Part shown: positions 28,735-38,130 of the stretch, one piece after another
How the letters are laid out: every line of letters starts with the position of its first letter
Position numbering within the stretch: position 1 is the stretch's first letter
NCBI GenBank assembly: GCA_052386995.1
Contig: JBQTJP010000110.1
Location: forward strand, 1-64,000
DNA length: 64,000 nucleotides
Reading direction: 5' to 3'
Source of the DNA: Armatimonadota bacterium
Lineage (GTDB): Bacteria > Sysuimicrobiota > Sysuimicrobiia > Sysuimicrobiales > Humicultoraceae
Position numbers and translations under genes: made by a program
Notes under the pieces: model-generated
Seen by the model: only the letters and a program-made list of their open reading frames with translations
Told to the model about the DNA's origin: nothing
The model's database searches: none

Positions 28735-30381
28735 CTAGTCCTGCGCGCAGTGCCAGTCCAGCCCCAGAATTTCAAAGGCCGCGAACTGCGGATGGCGGGC
28801 CACCAACCGCACGGGCAATGCGGGTTCTCCACGCAGCAGCCGTTCGATCGTTGGGCCGTACCGCCGCCCCATGACGTCGACGTCGAAGGAGCCCTCCTCG
28901 GCGTGCAGGACCAGGTACGCGCGAGACCACCCCAGCTGGGCCAGATGCCCGGCGATGAGCCGGCAGTCACGGTCGAAGCGATTCCCGCTCCTGTAGACCG
29001 CGTATGCCTGGAATGAGTACGTGGGCCGGGCCAGGTAGAAGTTGAACTCCGCAGACCGGTTCCCCAGGATCGGCGCGTCCGGCGGAGTGTTGGCGGCCGC
29101 CCAGGTCACCCAGGCCGGCGCGGGATCGGGCGCGAGTCTCGGTCCGCCCGCCGCGACGCTGCGGGGCACTACGACCAGCGCAAGGGAAGCGGCCACGAGC
29201 GCAGCGACCGCTCCCGCGACTCCCACCCTTCGGACGCCGATCCGCTCGGCAAAGGTCACGACCATCACGACGGCGCCAAGGAGTACCAGCGGATAGGCAG
29301 GCATCAGCATCCGCGTGTTCAGTGGTTCGAACGACGTCACGCTCCGCGCGACCGCCATGGCCGCCCAGTATCCCAGCCCAACGGCGGCCGCGACACGCGC
29401 CTCCGGGGTCGCCACAGGCGCGATCACCGCCGCCCTGATGCCACCGCGCACCCGACTGCTGCGCACGACGCCGAACAGCATTGCCCCGAATGCGCCCAGC
29501 ACGACGAGTATCATCACCCGGCTGTCCAACCCCAACGCCTCGGGTAGGACGGTCACCCGCCACAGCAACTTGAGGCCGTCGGTACCGACCGCCTTGACGG
29601 CGTAGAGCGTGTGATAGGCCAGCCCGCCATCATCGGGCGGGCGGCCGGTGCCGATGAGCGCGCCGGTCACCAGCCGGTTCCGCACCAGCAGCAGCATGGG
29701 TGGCAGAAGGGCAGCCGCAACCCATGCGGACGTCAACGCCAGGCGGTCGCGCCACGCCCGGCCCCGCAGGCCCACGAAGAGCGCCGCCGCGCCGATCGCG
29801 GCCAGGGCCAGCCCGGGGTAGCGGGTCAGCGTCGCCGCCGCCATCGCGAGCCCGCCCGCCGCGGCAAGCCGGTATGGCCGCTCTAGTGCGGTCACCTTGA
29901 GCACGCGCACCGTGAGCAACACCGACAGCAGCACAAACATCACGAACAGGTTCTCAGACAGCGCCATAGCGGCAATCCCAATCACAGGCGGCCACGCCAG
30001 CATCAACACCGCCGCGGTAATCCCGACCGCGTCGCCGAACAGCACCGTCCCCAGCCGCCAGACAAGGACAACCGAGGCGGCAAACGCCGCGACGGAGATC
30101 ACGCGGGCGGCCAACGCCGGGGCGATGCCCAGCAGCGACAGCAGCGCGATAGCGGCCGGATACATCGGCGGCCACAATGCGATAGGCGACGGATGCTTCG
30201 GCACATGGGAGGGGAAGAAAATGCTGGCGGTGATGCCGTCGCCCGCAGCGATGTGGCGGGCCATGTCTACATAAATCATTCCCGTTGGATCAAAGCCCGG
30301 GGACGTGGCGGTCTGCGCCAGGGCCGCGCACACCACGGCCGCCACCAGGAGCCCAGGAACCCAGAATCGCCTTCGACCCAT
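28735..30381 (-). CDS. GT-C (ArnT/PMT-like) membrane glycosyltransferase
   Basis: Multi-pass; IYVDMARHI, WPPMYP, ALSENLF, LTRYPG. Confidence 0.75.
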   Translation of the reverse strand: MGRRRFWVPGLLVAAVVCAALAQTATSPGFDPTGMIYVDMARHIAAGDGITASIFFPSHVPKHPSPIALWPPMYPAAIALLSLLGIAPALAARVISVAAFAASVVLVWRLGTVLFGDAVGITAAVLMLAWPPVIGIAAMALSENLFVMFVLLSVLLTVRVLKVTALERPYRLAAAGGLAMAAATLTRYPGLALAAIGAAALFVGLRGRAWRDRLALTSAWVAAALLPPMLLLVRNRLVTGALIGTGRPPDDGGLAYHTLYAVKAVGTDGLKLLWRVTVLPEALGLDSRVMILVVLGAFGAMLFGVVRSSRVRGGIRAAVIAPVATPEARVAAAVGLGYWAAMAVARSVTSFEPLNTRMLMPAYPLVLLGAVVMVVTFAERIGVRRVGVAGAVAALVAASLALVVVPRSVAAGGPRLAPDPAPAWVTWAAANTPPDAPILGNRSAEFNFYLARPTYSFQAYAVYRSGNRFDRDCRLIAGHLAQLGWSRAYLVLHAEEGSFDVDVMGRRYGPTIERLLRGEPALPVRLVARHPQFAAFEILGLDWHCAQD

Positions 30382-30386
30382 CCGCG

Positions 30387-31571
30387 CTACCGCTTGACCC
30401 CTGCGACGATCGGCTGCAGCGTGCGGAGGATGTCGTCGGCGACCTTGTCATTGCCGTGCTCCGAGATGTGGAAACGATCGATGTAGATGGTGCGCGAGTC
30501 GTTCTCGAAGCTCCGCGACAGATCATGCACGTTCTCGATCCGGCTCGTCCGGAGCTTCTCGCGGAAAGCCTCGTTGAACACGCGGTATTCCTCCGCGAAC
30601 AAGGGCGTGGCGCCCCCGCGGCGGCCGCGCCGCGCCCCTGTCAACCGCCAGCGTTCCTCGTCGGGGGAGAGGACTTTCTTGGAATAGATGCTCGGTTGCC
30701 AGTAGAACACGGCGCGGAAACCGTACTCTCGCGCCAGCATGTTCACCAGCCGCACGTTGGCCAGGTACACGTCCACGGTGGTGCCCGCCAGCGCCGGCTC
30801 GAGGAAACGGCGCGACGCCCCTTCGGCCGGGGCGGCTCCGAGCGATCCGAGCACGCCACGCATGAACCGATACAACCCCACCTTCTCGAGGAGCCCCTGC
30901 CGCCACGCGACCCGGTTCCGAGAGTTGAACTCGGTGACGCGGTTGATCTCGTTTTGGGGAATGCCGGCCACCCCGCTCTGAAAGGCCGCCCACGCGTCGT
31001 TCACACCGTCATAGAAGATGACGACATCGGGCACGTTGCCCTTCCGCAGCTCGAGGATGAGCGTGATCAGTTCCTGGGTGCTCACGTAGCCGGGCTCTCC
31101 ATAGTTGACAACGTACGGCGCCGCGGGCAGCCTGCTCGCCAGCTTCTTGGATACGAGCGAGGGGATCGTAAACTCATCGCGGGCGCCATAGCCCCAGAGG
31201 GTGGAGCCGCCGAACATGAAGATCTTCGCCTGGCCGGGCGCCGGGGAGGGGGAGGCATTCCAGGTCCGGCGAAGCCCATCGTCGTCGATGCTGATATGCG
31301 CTCCCTTGTATGGCCGCGCGCGCCAGTACACGTACGGCCGCCATCGCTCCCGGACGGCCACGATCAGCTCGGCGTGATAGTCGCGGACCCACTCCTGCCC
31401 GGGATTGGCCGCCTGCAGCCTGTCTACCGTGACCACGCTGGTGGCGGGACGCGCGCGGTCGCGGATGAGAAAGAACAGTTGAAACGCCCCTTCGAGCATC
31501 ACGAGCACCAGCAGCCCCACACCGACGTTGATCCACACGGTGCGAACCGCCTGGCCGATCCGTTGACTCAT
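30387..31571 (-). CDS. Membrane-anchored SGNH/GDSL hydrolase or acyltransferase
   Basis: N-terminal TM segment; FGGSTLWG, NYGEPGY, YDGVND, IDRFH blocks. Confidence 0.85.
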   Translation of the reverse strand: MSQRIGQAVRTVWINVGVGLLVLVMLEGAFQLFFLIRDRARPATSVVTVDRLQAANPGQEWVRDYHAELIVAVRERWRPYVYWRARPYKGAHISIDDDGLRRTWNASPSPAPGQAKIFMFGGSTLWGYGARDEFTIPSLVSKKLASRLPAAPYVVNYGEPGYVSTQELITLILELRKGNVPDVVIFYDGVNDAWAAFQSGVAGIPQNEINRVTEFNSRNRVAWRQGLLEKVGLYRFMRGVLGSLGAAPAEGASRRFLEPALAGTTVDVYLANVRLVNMLAREYGFRAVFYWQPSIYSKKVLSPDEERWRLTGARRGRRGGATPLFAEEYRVFNEAFREKLRTSRIENVHDLSRSFENDSRTIYIDRFHISEHGNDKVADDILRTLQPIVAGVKR

Positions 31572-31581
31572 ACCGACCCTC

Positions 31582-33102
31582 CTAGACCTCTTCCGCCTTG
31601 CGCAGGCGGGGCGAGGCCGGCGCGCCTCGCGTTTCGTGCAGCATGCGCAGCAGCTTGATGAGCGCCTGGCGCTGCGTCATCCACGTGATGCCGCCGTAGG
31701 TCGCCACCCCGAGCAGCACGAGCACGGTCAGGGTGACGGACTTCGGCACCGCTCTTTCGATCAATGCGATGCGGGCCGGCAGCACAACAGCCGTCATCAC
31801 GGCGCATCCGACGACCGACGGGAAGATCGCCGCCCAGATGTCGCGCACCGTCACCCCGATCACGCGCGCCACGAACCCCCATTGGATCGGCGTGAGGACC
31901 ATCGTGGCGACGAGATACCCCGTGGCCACGCCCACGACGCCCCAGCGCAGGCCGATGGCGAACGCGGGCAGGTACAGGAACACCGAGAGCAAGGCCCATC
32001 GCATGTGCAGGTCGGTGCGTCCCATCGCCTGCAGGGCACTGGGGCCCAGGGCCGTCATCAACTGCAGAAATCCCGCCAGGGCCAACACGCTCATCACCAT
32101 ACCCGCCGGCAGCCACGTGGCCCCGAAGACGATCGCGACGAGCAGCGGCGCCACGAGCGAGAGGCCGACCATCATCGGCAGGGCGATCATCGTGATGTAT
32201 CGCGTTGCCAGGAGGAAGCTCCGCTTGAGACGGTCGGCGTCGTCCTGCAGCCTGGACAGGGTGGAAAACATCACCTGCGTCATCGGGAAGCCGATGTCGA
32301 CGACCGGGACGAGAAACACCGAGTACGCCAGCGCGTAGAATCCCAGGGCCATCGATCCCAGATAACGGCCGATGAGCAGGTTGTCCGTGTTGCGCACCGC
32401 GTAGCCGAACAGGCGCGAGAGGAACAGCGGTCCGCCAAACGACCACAGATCCTTGAACTGCTCCCACGAGAACGTCAGCCTGGGCCGGAACCCTCCGGCG
32501 TAGAACAACGCGATCGCACCCGCCACGCTGCCACCCAGCTGCTGGCCCACCAGGCTCCAGACCCCGAAGCCCTTGAACGCCATGATCATGCCGATCGTGC
32601 CGCCGACAATGGTCGCAAACAACGGCCTCAGCGACAGGGCGCGGTAGAGCATCCGCCGCGACATCCACGCGGCCTGCGTGCTGGCCGCGGCGTCAAAGAC
32701 CAGCCGCGTGGACAAGGCGACCATGATCGGCCCGGCAAGCGGCTCCCGCATGAAGAGGCCGATGAACCGGCTGGCGATCACGGCGACGATCATGAGGATG
32801 CATCCGAGGGCGATATTCGCCCAGAACGCGGTCGACAGGTACCGATCATCGATGTCCCGACGCTGCACGATGGCCCCGCTGATGCCGGAATGGGTGAACA
32901 GGCCGAGGACGCCGGTAAAAACGGCGGCCATCGCCAGCAGGCCGAAATCGCGCGGGGCCAGCAGCCGGACCATGACGATGGTAAAGAATTGGTCGAGGAG
33001 GCGCCCGCCAATCCGCTGGCCGCTCAGCCACAGCATCCCCTTGATGGCCAGGCTGCGCAGCCGCGGTTTGGTGGGACCTGCCGATCTCGTCTCTCCGCTC
33101 AT
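31582..33102 (-). CDS. wzx: Wzx-type polysaccharide flippase 1
   Basis: RLLAPRDFGL, STAFWAN, GFGVWSLVGQ, NTDNLLIGRYLG..ALGFY. Confidence 0.9.
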   Translation of the reverse strand: MSGETRSAGPTKPRLRSLAIKGMLWLSGQRIGGRLLDQFFTIVMVRLLAPRDFGLLAMAAVFTGVLGLFTHSGISGAIVQRRDIDDRYLSTAFWANIALGCILMIVAVIASRFIGLFMREPLAGPIMVALSTRLVFDAAASTQAAWMSRRMLYRALSLRPLFATIVGGTIGMIMAFKGFGVWSLVGQQLGGSVAGAIALFYAGGFRPRLTFSWEQFKDLWSFGGPLFLSRLFGYAVRNTDNLLIGRYLGSMALGFYALAYSVFLVPVVDIGFPMTQVMFSTLSRLQDDADRLKRSFLLATRYITMIALPMMVGLSLVAPLLVAIVFGATWLPAGMVMSVLALAGFLQLMTALGPSALQAMGRTDLHMRWALLSVFLYLPAFAIGLRWGVVGVATGYLVATMVLTPIQWGFVARVIGVTVRDIWAAIFPSVVGCAVMTAVVLPARIALIERAVPKSVTLTVLVLLGVATYGGITWMTQRQALIKLLRMLHETRGAPASPRLRKAEEV

Positions 33103-33692
33103 CGAATGCCTCCCAGGAACGCCGCCAGCTTCACGTACTCTCGAAAGACGAGACGTCGGTCGGCCGATCGCGTCCACCATCGATGTATGCTGAAGCGCCC
33201 GTCGTCAACGGCGATCACGCTCGCCCGCAGCCCCGCCCGGCGGAAGATCTTCGAGAACACCACCGCGGTCCGGCGCGTGTGATAGGGTGACGTGAGGACA
33301 ACGCCACTCCGTAGTCCCCGCGCCGCCATCACGCGGGCCGTGCCTTCGGCGTTGTCGACGGTGCTCTCCGCACGATCGTCGATGAGAAGCCGCTCCGCCG
33401 GTATCCCGGCGGCCAGCGCCTCATCGCGGTTGACCGCCGCGGAATTGGGACCATTGAGCGTTGGGCCGCCGCTGACGACCAACCACTGCCCCTGCCCGTT
33501 CTCCAGCAGGCGCTTGGCGGCGGTGATCCGCTCGATGCCGTTGCCGCCGATCACAATGACCGCATCGGCCGGCGCCGGTGGGTCGGACACCACCAGGAAA
33601 TCGCCCGCGGCCTGCAGGAGCGGCTCACGCAAGGCGTAGCCGGTCGCGGCGACCAGCACGGACACCGCCACCAGTAGGACCCACCGCCGCAT
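33099..33692 (-). CDS. YdcF/DUF218 family protein
   Basis: ADAVIVIGG, AESTVDNAE, LTSPYHTRR, REYVKL. Confidence 0.88.
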   Translation of the reverse strand: MRRWVLLVAVSVLVAATGYALREPLLQAAGDFLVVSDPPAPADAVIVIGGNGIERITAAKRLLENGQGQWLVVSGGPTLNGPNSAAVNRDEALAAGIPAERLLIDDRAESTVDNAEGTARVMAARGLRSGVVLTSPYHTRRTAVVFSKIFRRAGLRASVIAVDDGRFSIHRWWTRSADRRLVFREYVKLAAFLGGIR

Positions 33693-33695
33693 GGG

Positions 33696-35639
33696 CTACG
33701 ACGCAGGCTTGGCGCCTGTGCGCGCACGGCTCCACTCCTCGCCCTCCGGCGGCAGCGCGGAAAGCGCGCTGTCGGATGCCAGGTGACGCAGGATCGCCCG
33801 AATGCCGGCGTCGTCCCGGCGCTGGACCAGGTGCTCGAGTTGCTGCAGCGCAAGGCGCAGGGTGACCTCATCGGGCTCGCGCTCGTCGATGACCTCAAAG
33901 ATGCCCGGGTACGGCGAGGGCCGTACGGACTCCTCCGGAGTCGAGAGTTGTTCTTCCAGTTTTTCGCCCGGCCGGATGCCAGTGTAGACGATGGGGATAT
34001 CGCGATCCGGTTCCAGGCCCGACAGCCTGATCACCTCGACCGCCAGGTCCGCGATGCGCACTGGCTCCCCCATGTCCAGCACGTAGAGCCCGTAGGGCCA
34101 TTCGGACATCGACGCCTGCAGGACCAGCAAGACCGCCTCAGGCGGACTCATCACGAACCGCGTCATGTCGGGATGCGTGAGCGTCACGGGCCCGCCCTGG
34201 CGAATCTGCTCCTGAATCAACGGGATCAGGCTGCCCCGGCTGCCCAGCACGTTGCCAAAGCGGACCGCAAGGAACCGGGTGCGGCCGCGGTGGCTGAGGA
34301 CGTGCCCGATGAGCTCGCTCACCCGCTTGGTGGCTCCCATCACGCTGGTCGGGCGCACCGCCTTGTCCGTGGAGATGAGCACGAAGGTCTCGACGCCGCA
34401 GCGCACGGCGCCTTCTGCGACGGTCAGGGTCCCGAGGACATTGGTCTTCACGGCCTCGTCGACATCGCGCTCCATCAACGGCACGTGTTTGTACGCCGCG
34501 GCATGAAAAACCATGCGGGGCAGCACCGAACTCATCACCCAGTCCATCTTGGAGGCATCGCGTACATCCGCTACCAGCGTCCGGAAGACCGCCTCGGGAT
34601 GCAGCCGCTTGATCTCCTCCTCCAGGTCGAACAGCCCGGTCTCGTTGATGTCCAACGCAATGATCTCGCAGCGGGCCAGACGGGCGATCTGCCGGACCAG
34701 CTCCGACCCGATGGATCCTGCGGCCCCGGTCACGAGCACCCGGCTGCCTTGCAGGCGGCGCGCGATCTCGTCGGTGGCGATCTGCACGGTCGGCCGGCCG
34801 AGCAGGTCGGCCACCTCGACCTGCCGGAGATCGTTGAGCGTCGCATTGCCCGACAGGAGTTTTTGCACTCCCGGAAGGATCCGCATGCGCTTCATGCCGG
34901 CCTGGCGCACGCACGCCACGATATCGCGGATCTCCTTCGACGGCGCCGAGGGAATGGCGATGATCACCTCGTCCACCCGCAGGCGTGTGACGACGTCATC
35001 GATGACCTGGCGACCGCCGTACACCCGCACGCCCTGCACGAACGCGCCCCATTTCGCCTGATCGTCGTCGATGAGGCCGACGGGGTGCAGCGTGCCGTGC
35101 GGGTACTCTGCCATGGCCTGGACCAGGCGCGTCCCGGCGGCGCCGGCGCCCACGACCAGGAGCCTCGCCCCGGGGATATCCGACCGCCTGCCGCGCTGGC
35201 GGTCGACCTGTATCTGCCACATGCGCCGGCTGACGCGCACCAGCGCGACGCCGCAGAAGGCGAGTACGAAGTCCATGATCAGGACCGACCGTGGAAAGCC
35301 GCGGAAGGCCTCAACCGAACGCAGGAAGACCATCGTGGCCGCGATCGTTGCGGTGGACGCGCCGACGGCCTTGAATATGTTCACAAGCTCCGAAAGTCCC
35401 ACCGCCCGCCACGAGATCTGATAGAGGCGAAAGGCCCAGTGCCAGACGGCCTTGATGGGAATGCTCAACAGGAGCAGCCGCGGGATGTACACCAAGTGGT
35501 TCGGGGGGATGCTCCCGTCAAATCGGATGAGGAACGCGGCAATGAGCGCTCCCGTCCACACGGCCAGGTCCGCGCCGAAATAGAGTGCCGCGCGCAGCAG
35601 GCTGCGCCGACCGCTAAACGGAAACACTGGTCTGGACAC
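33696..35639 (-). CDS. Membrane-bound NDP-sugar 4,6-dehydratase (CapD/PglF family)
   Basis: N-terminal TMs; TGAAGSIGSEL, FHAAAYKHVP, ISTDKAV, MGATK, RFGNVLGS, RPGEKL. Confidence 0.95.
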   Translation of the reverse strand: MSRPVFPFSGRRSLLRAALYFGADLAVWTGALIAAFLIRFDGSIPPNHLVYIPRLLLLSIPIKAVWHWAFRLYQISWRAVGLSELVNIFKAVGASTATIAATMVFLRSVEAFRGFPRSVLIMDFVLAFCGVALVRVSRRMWQIQVDRQRGRRSDIPGARLLVVGAGAAGTRLVQAMAEYPHGTLHPVGLIDDDQAKWGAFVQGVRVYGGRQVIDDVVTRLRVDEVIIAIPSAPSKEIRDIVACVRQAGMKRMRILPGVQKLLSGNATLNDLRQVEVADLLGRPTVQIATDEIARRLQGSRVLVTGAAGSIGSELVRQIARLARCEIIALDINETGLFDLEEEIKRLHPEAVFRTLVADVRDASKMDWVMSSVLPRMVFHAAAYKHVPLMERDVDEAVKTNVLGTLTVAEGAVRCGVETFVLISTDKAVRPTSVMGATKRVSELIGHVLSHRGRTRFLAVRFGNVLGSRGSLIPLIQEQIRQGGPVTLTHPDMTRFVMSPPEAVLLVLQASMSEWPYGLYVLDMGEPVRIADLAVEVIRLSGLEPDRDIPIVYTGIRPGEKLEEQLSTPEESVRPSPYPGIFEVIDEREPDEVTLRLALQQLEHLVQRRDDAGIRAILRHLASDSALSALPPEGEEWSRARTGAKPAS

Positions 35640-36798
35640 CTTCTTTCAGTCCCGCGGCGATGCGTTGGATATCGTCGCGGGAGAGGTCATTGTAGAACGG
35701 GAGGGCGATGGCTCGACGGCTGGCGTCTTCCGCCACGGGAAAACTGCCCTCGGGGTATCGGGCAAACGCCTTGAAGTAGGGCTGCAGATGCAGGGCCGGA
35801 AAATACGCGCGGCTGGTGATCCCCCGGCCGGCCAGATGCCGGATCAGCCCATCTCGATCGATGCCCGGCGCGACCCGCACGACGTAGACGAACCAGCTCA
35901 CGCGCGCCCAGGGCTGGGCGGCCGGCAGGGTGAGTTCGGAGATCCCGCCGAGCACCTCACCGTACCAGGCGGCGACCTGAACGCGCCTGGCCGCCAGTGT
36001 CGGCAGCCGCTTCATCTGGGCCACGCCCAGTGCGGCGGACAGCTCGTCCATCCGGTAGTTGAACCCCAGCCGATCATGGCACAGCCACTCCGCACCTTCG
36101 GCGCGCCCCTGGTTCCTCGCGCTGCGGGTGTAGGCCGCGATCTCATCGTCGTCGGTGACGACCATGCCACCCTCGCCGGTCGTGATCTGCTTGTTGGGAT
36201 AGAAGGCGTACACTGCGGCATCAGCGAATGCCCCGGCCGCGACCCACCGCTGTCGAACACCGGAAGAATACTCCGAGCCAAACGCTTCCGCGGTGTCATC
36301 CAGGAACCGGAGGCCATAGGCATCTGCCAGCATGCGAAACTCGTCCATCTTGACCGGGTGCCCGTACACGTCTACTGGAAGGATACCCACGAGCGGGCGC
36401 CCCGTTACCCGGCCGACCAGGCGGCCGGACGCCGAGCGATACTCTCTGCGGATGAAGTCGGTCACAGTCTGCGGGTCGAGATTCAGGGTCACCGGATCAA
36501 CGTCTACAAACACGGGGTGGGCCCGTTCCATCAAGAGGATGTTGGCCGTCGCCGCGAAGGTGAACGGCGTCGTGATAACCTCCACGCCGTCGCTGAACCC
36601 GAGCGCCCGGCCGGCCAGGTGCAACGCCGCGGTGCCGCTGCTGACCGCAACGGCGTGCCGGCGGCCGGTGGACGCGGCCACGGCGGCCTCGAATTCCTCG
36701 ACCTTCGGGCCGAGGCTGAGCCAGGGCGTCTTCAGCACGCCCAGGACCTCCTGGCACTCGGCTTCCGTGATGTCGGGCCGTGACAACGGAATGGTCAT
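35614..36798 (-). CDS. DegT/DnrJ/EryC1/StrS sugar aminotransferase
   Basis: SSGTAALH, FYPNKQITTGEGG, GFNYRM. Confidence 0.95.
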   Translation of the reverse strand: MTIPLSRPDITEAECQEVLGVLKTPWLSLGPKVEEFEAAVAASTGRRHAVAVSSGTAALHLAGRALGFSDGVEVITTPFTFAATANILLMERAHPVFVDVDPVTLNLDPQTVTDFIRREYRSASGRLVGRVTGRPLVGILPVDVYGHPVKMDEFRMLADAYGLRFLDDTAEAFGSEYSSGVRQRWVAAGAFADAAVYAFYPNKQITTGEGGMVVTDDDEIAAYTRSARNQGRAEGAEWLCHDRLGFNYRMDELSAALGVAQMKRLPTLAARRVQVAAWYGEVLGGISELTLPAAQPWARVSWFVYVVRVAPGIDRDGLIRHLAGRGITSRAYFPALHLQPYFKAFARYPEGSFPVAEDASRRAIALPFYNDLSRDDIQRIAAGLKEGVQTSVSV

Positions 36799-36821
36799 GT
36801 CGCTCTCCTGTGATGGAACCA

Positions 36822-37484
36822 TTAGACAGCAGAAGCGCTGGATGATGGAGTCGTCGGGCCGCCGGGCACCAGCCGCATGACGGCCGCGCGGCCGAGCCGC
36901 GGCGAGAAACCGGCAATGGGGGTCAGCACCAGGATGGCCAGATCTGTCGCCCAGGTGCGCCGCCGGGCGTAGGCGAGTTCGAGCGCGACTTTCTCGGGCA
37001 ACACCGTATTGAAATACATGGCCTGCGGATCCTCCGACGTCCCCAGGAGGCGCTCTTCGTGGGCGAAAGCCAGCTGAGCCACGCCCGTCATGCCGGGCCG
37101 AGCCGCGTAGACACGATGCGCCAGATCGGGCGGGATGGCGGCGACTTCGTTCGGAGGCAGGGGCCTGGGCCCAACCAGACTCATCTCGCCCCTGACCACA
37201 TTGATGAGCTGGGGCATCTCGTCCACCTTGGTGGCGCGCAGGATCCGACCCAGCGGTGTGATGCGCGAATCGCCGCGCGCCGTGACGGTTCCTCCCGCAG
37301 CCGCCCCGTCGACCATCGTCTGGAACTTGAGGATGGTGAACGGCCGCAGCCTGAGGCCGATCCGCGTCTGCCGGAAGAAGACCCGACGGCTCACGATCCA
37401 GCTCACCGCGGCGACGAGCGCCAGCAGCGGCGCCGTCAGCGCCAGGAGCACGCCCCCCAGAATCAGATCAACCAGACGCCGCAC
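36822..37484 (-). CDS. Initiating sugar phosphotransferase (PglC/WcaJ family)
   Basis: KFQTM, DSRITPLG, KVDEMPQL, MSLVGPRP, RPGMTG. Confidence 0.9.
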   Translation of the reverse strand: MRRLVDLILGGVLLALTAPLLALVAAVSWIVSRRVFFRQTRIGLRLRPFTILKFQTMVDGAAAGGTVTARGDSRITPLGRILRATKVDEMPQLINVVRGEMSLVGPRPLPPNEVAAIPPDLAHRVYAARPGMTGVAQLAFAHEERLLGTSEDPQAMYFNTVLPEKVALELAYARRRTWATDLAILVLTPIAGFSPRLGRAAVMRLVPGGPTTPSSSASAV

Positions 37485-37509
37485 GGAGACACGCCTCGTT
37501 CGTGGATGC

Positions 37510-38130
37510 TCACGCGCGCGCGGGCGACCGGTCGCCCAGCCCGATGACGTACACGGCGGCGTATTCACCGGGGTGGATCTCCGCGCGGTGCAGCAACGTA
37601 AAGCCCGAGCGTTCGTAGACCCGGCTCGCGGCGTGGTTGTCGCTGGCAGTCGTCACGCGAACCCACTCGACCCCACGATGGAGGAACTCGTTGAGGATGG
37701 CGCGCACGAGCGCGTCCGCGGCCCCGGTCCCGCGGGCCTCCGGACGCACCGCAATCGACACCAGTTCCGCCTCCGGCAACGATCCGGCCGCGGTGTACTT
37801 CGAGGTCTCCATGAGGCGGCGCAGCCCGCCGCCCACGATCTTTCTGGCCACGGCCTTGATGGCGAGCCACTCGTTCCGCAGCACGAACGCCTGGTAGAAG
37901 CGTCGCCACTGCACGACCCCGGTGCCAAAACCCACGCATTGGCCGTCTCGTTCGGCCACAAATGCGAATCCCCATGGTGAGCCCAGCAGCGTCTGATAGA
38001 ACGCGTCTACGAACCGCGGCCCCATGCCGGAGAGCAGGCCCCAGGGGATCTCGGCCATGTGTAGCGCCGTAATGACGGCGCTATCGGCCGGTGACGCTTT
38101 CCTGACTGAGATCGTCGATGGCGTGTCCAT
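37510..38130 (-). CDS. GNAT N-acyltransferase
   Basis: AELVSIAVRPEARGTGAA, NHAASRVYERSGF. Confidence 0.85.
   Translation of the reverse strand: MDTPSTISVRKASPADSAVITALHMAEIPWGLLSGMGPRFVDAFYQTLLGSPWGFAFVAERDGQCVGFGTGVVQWRRFYQAFVLRNEWLAIKAVARKIVGGGLRRLMETSKYTAAGSLPEAELVSIAVRPEARGTGAADALVRAILNEFLHRGVEWVRVTTASDNHAASRVYERSGFTLLHRAEIHPGEYAAVYVIGLGDRSPARA

Noticed and set aside
31636..35774. Long plus-strand ORFs (548 and 663 aa)
   Set aside because: Antisense shadows of the flippase and dehydratase genes
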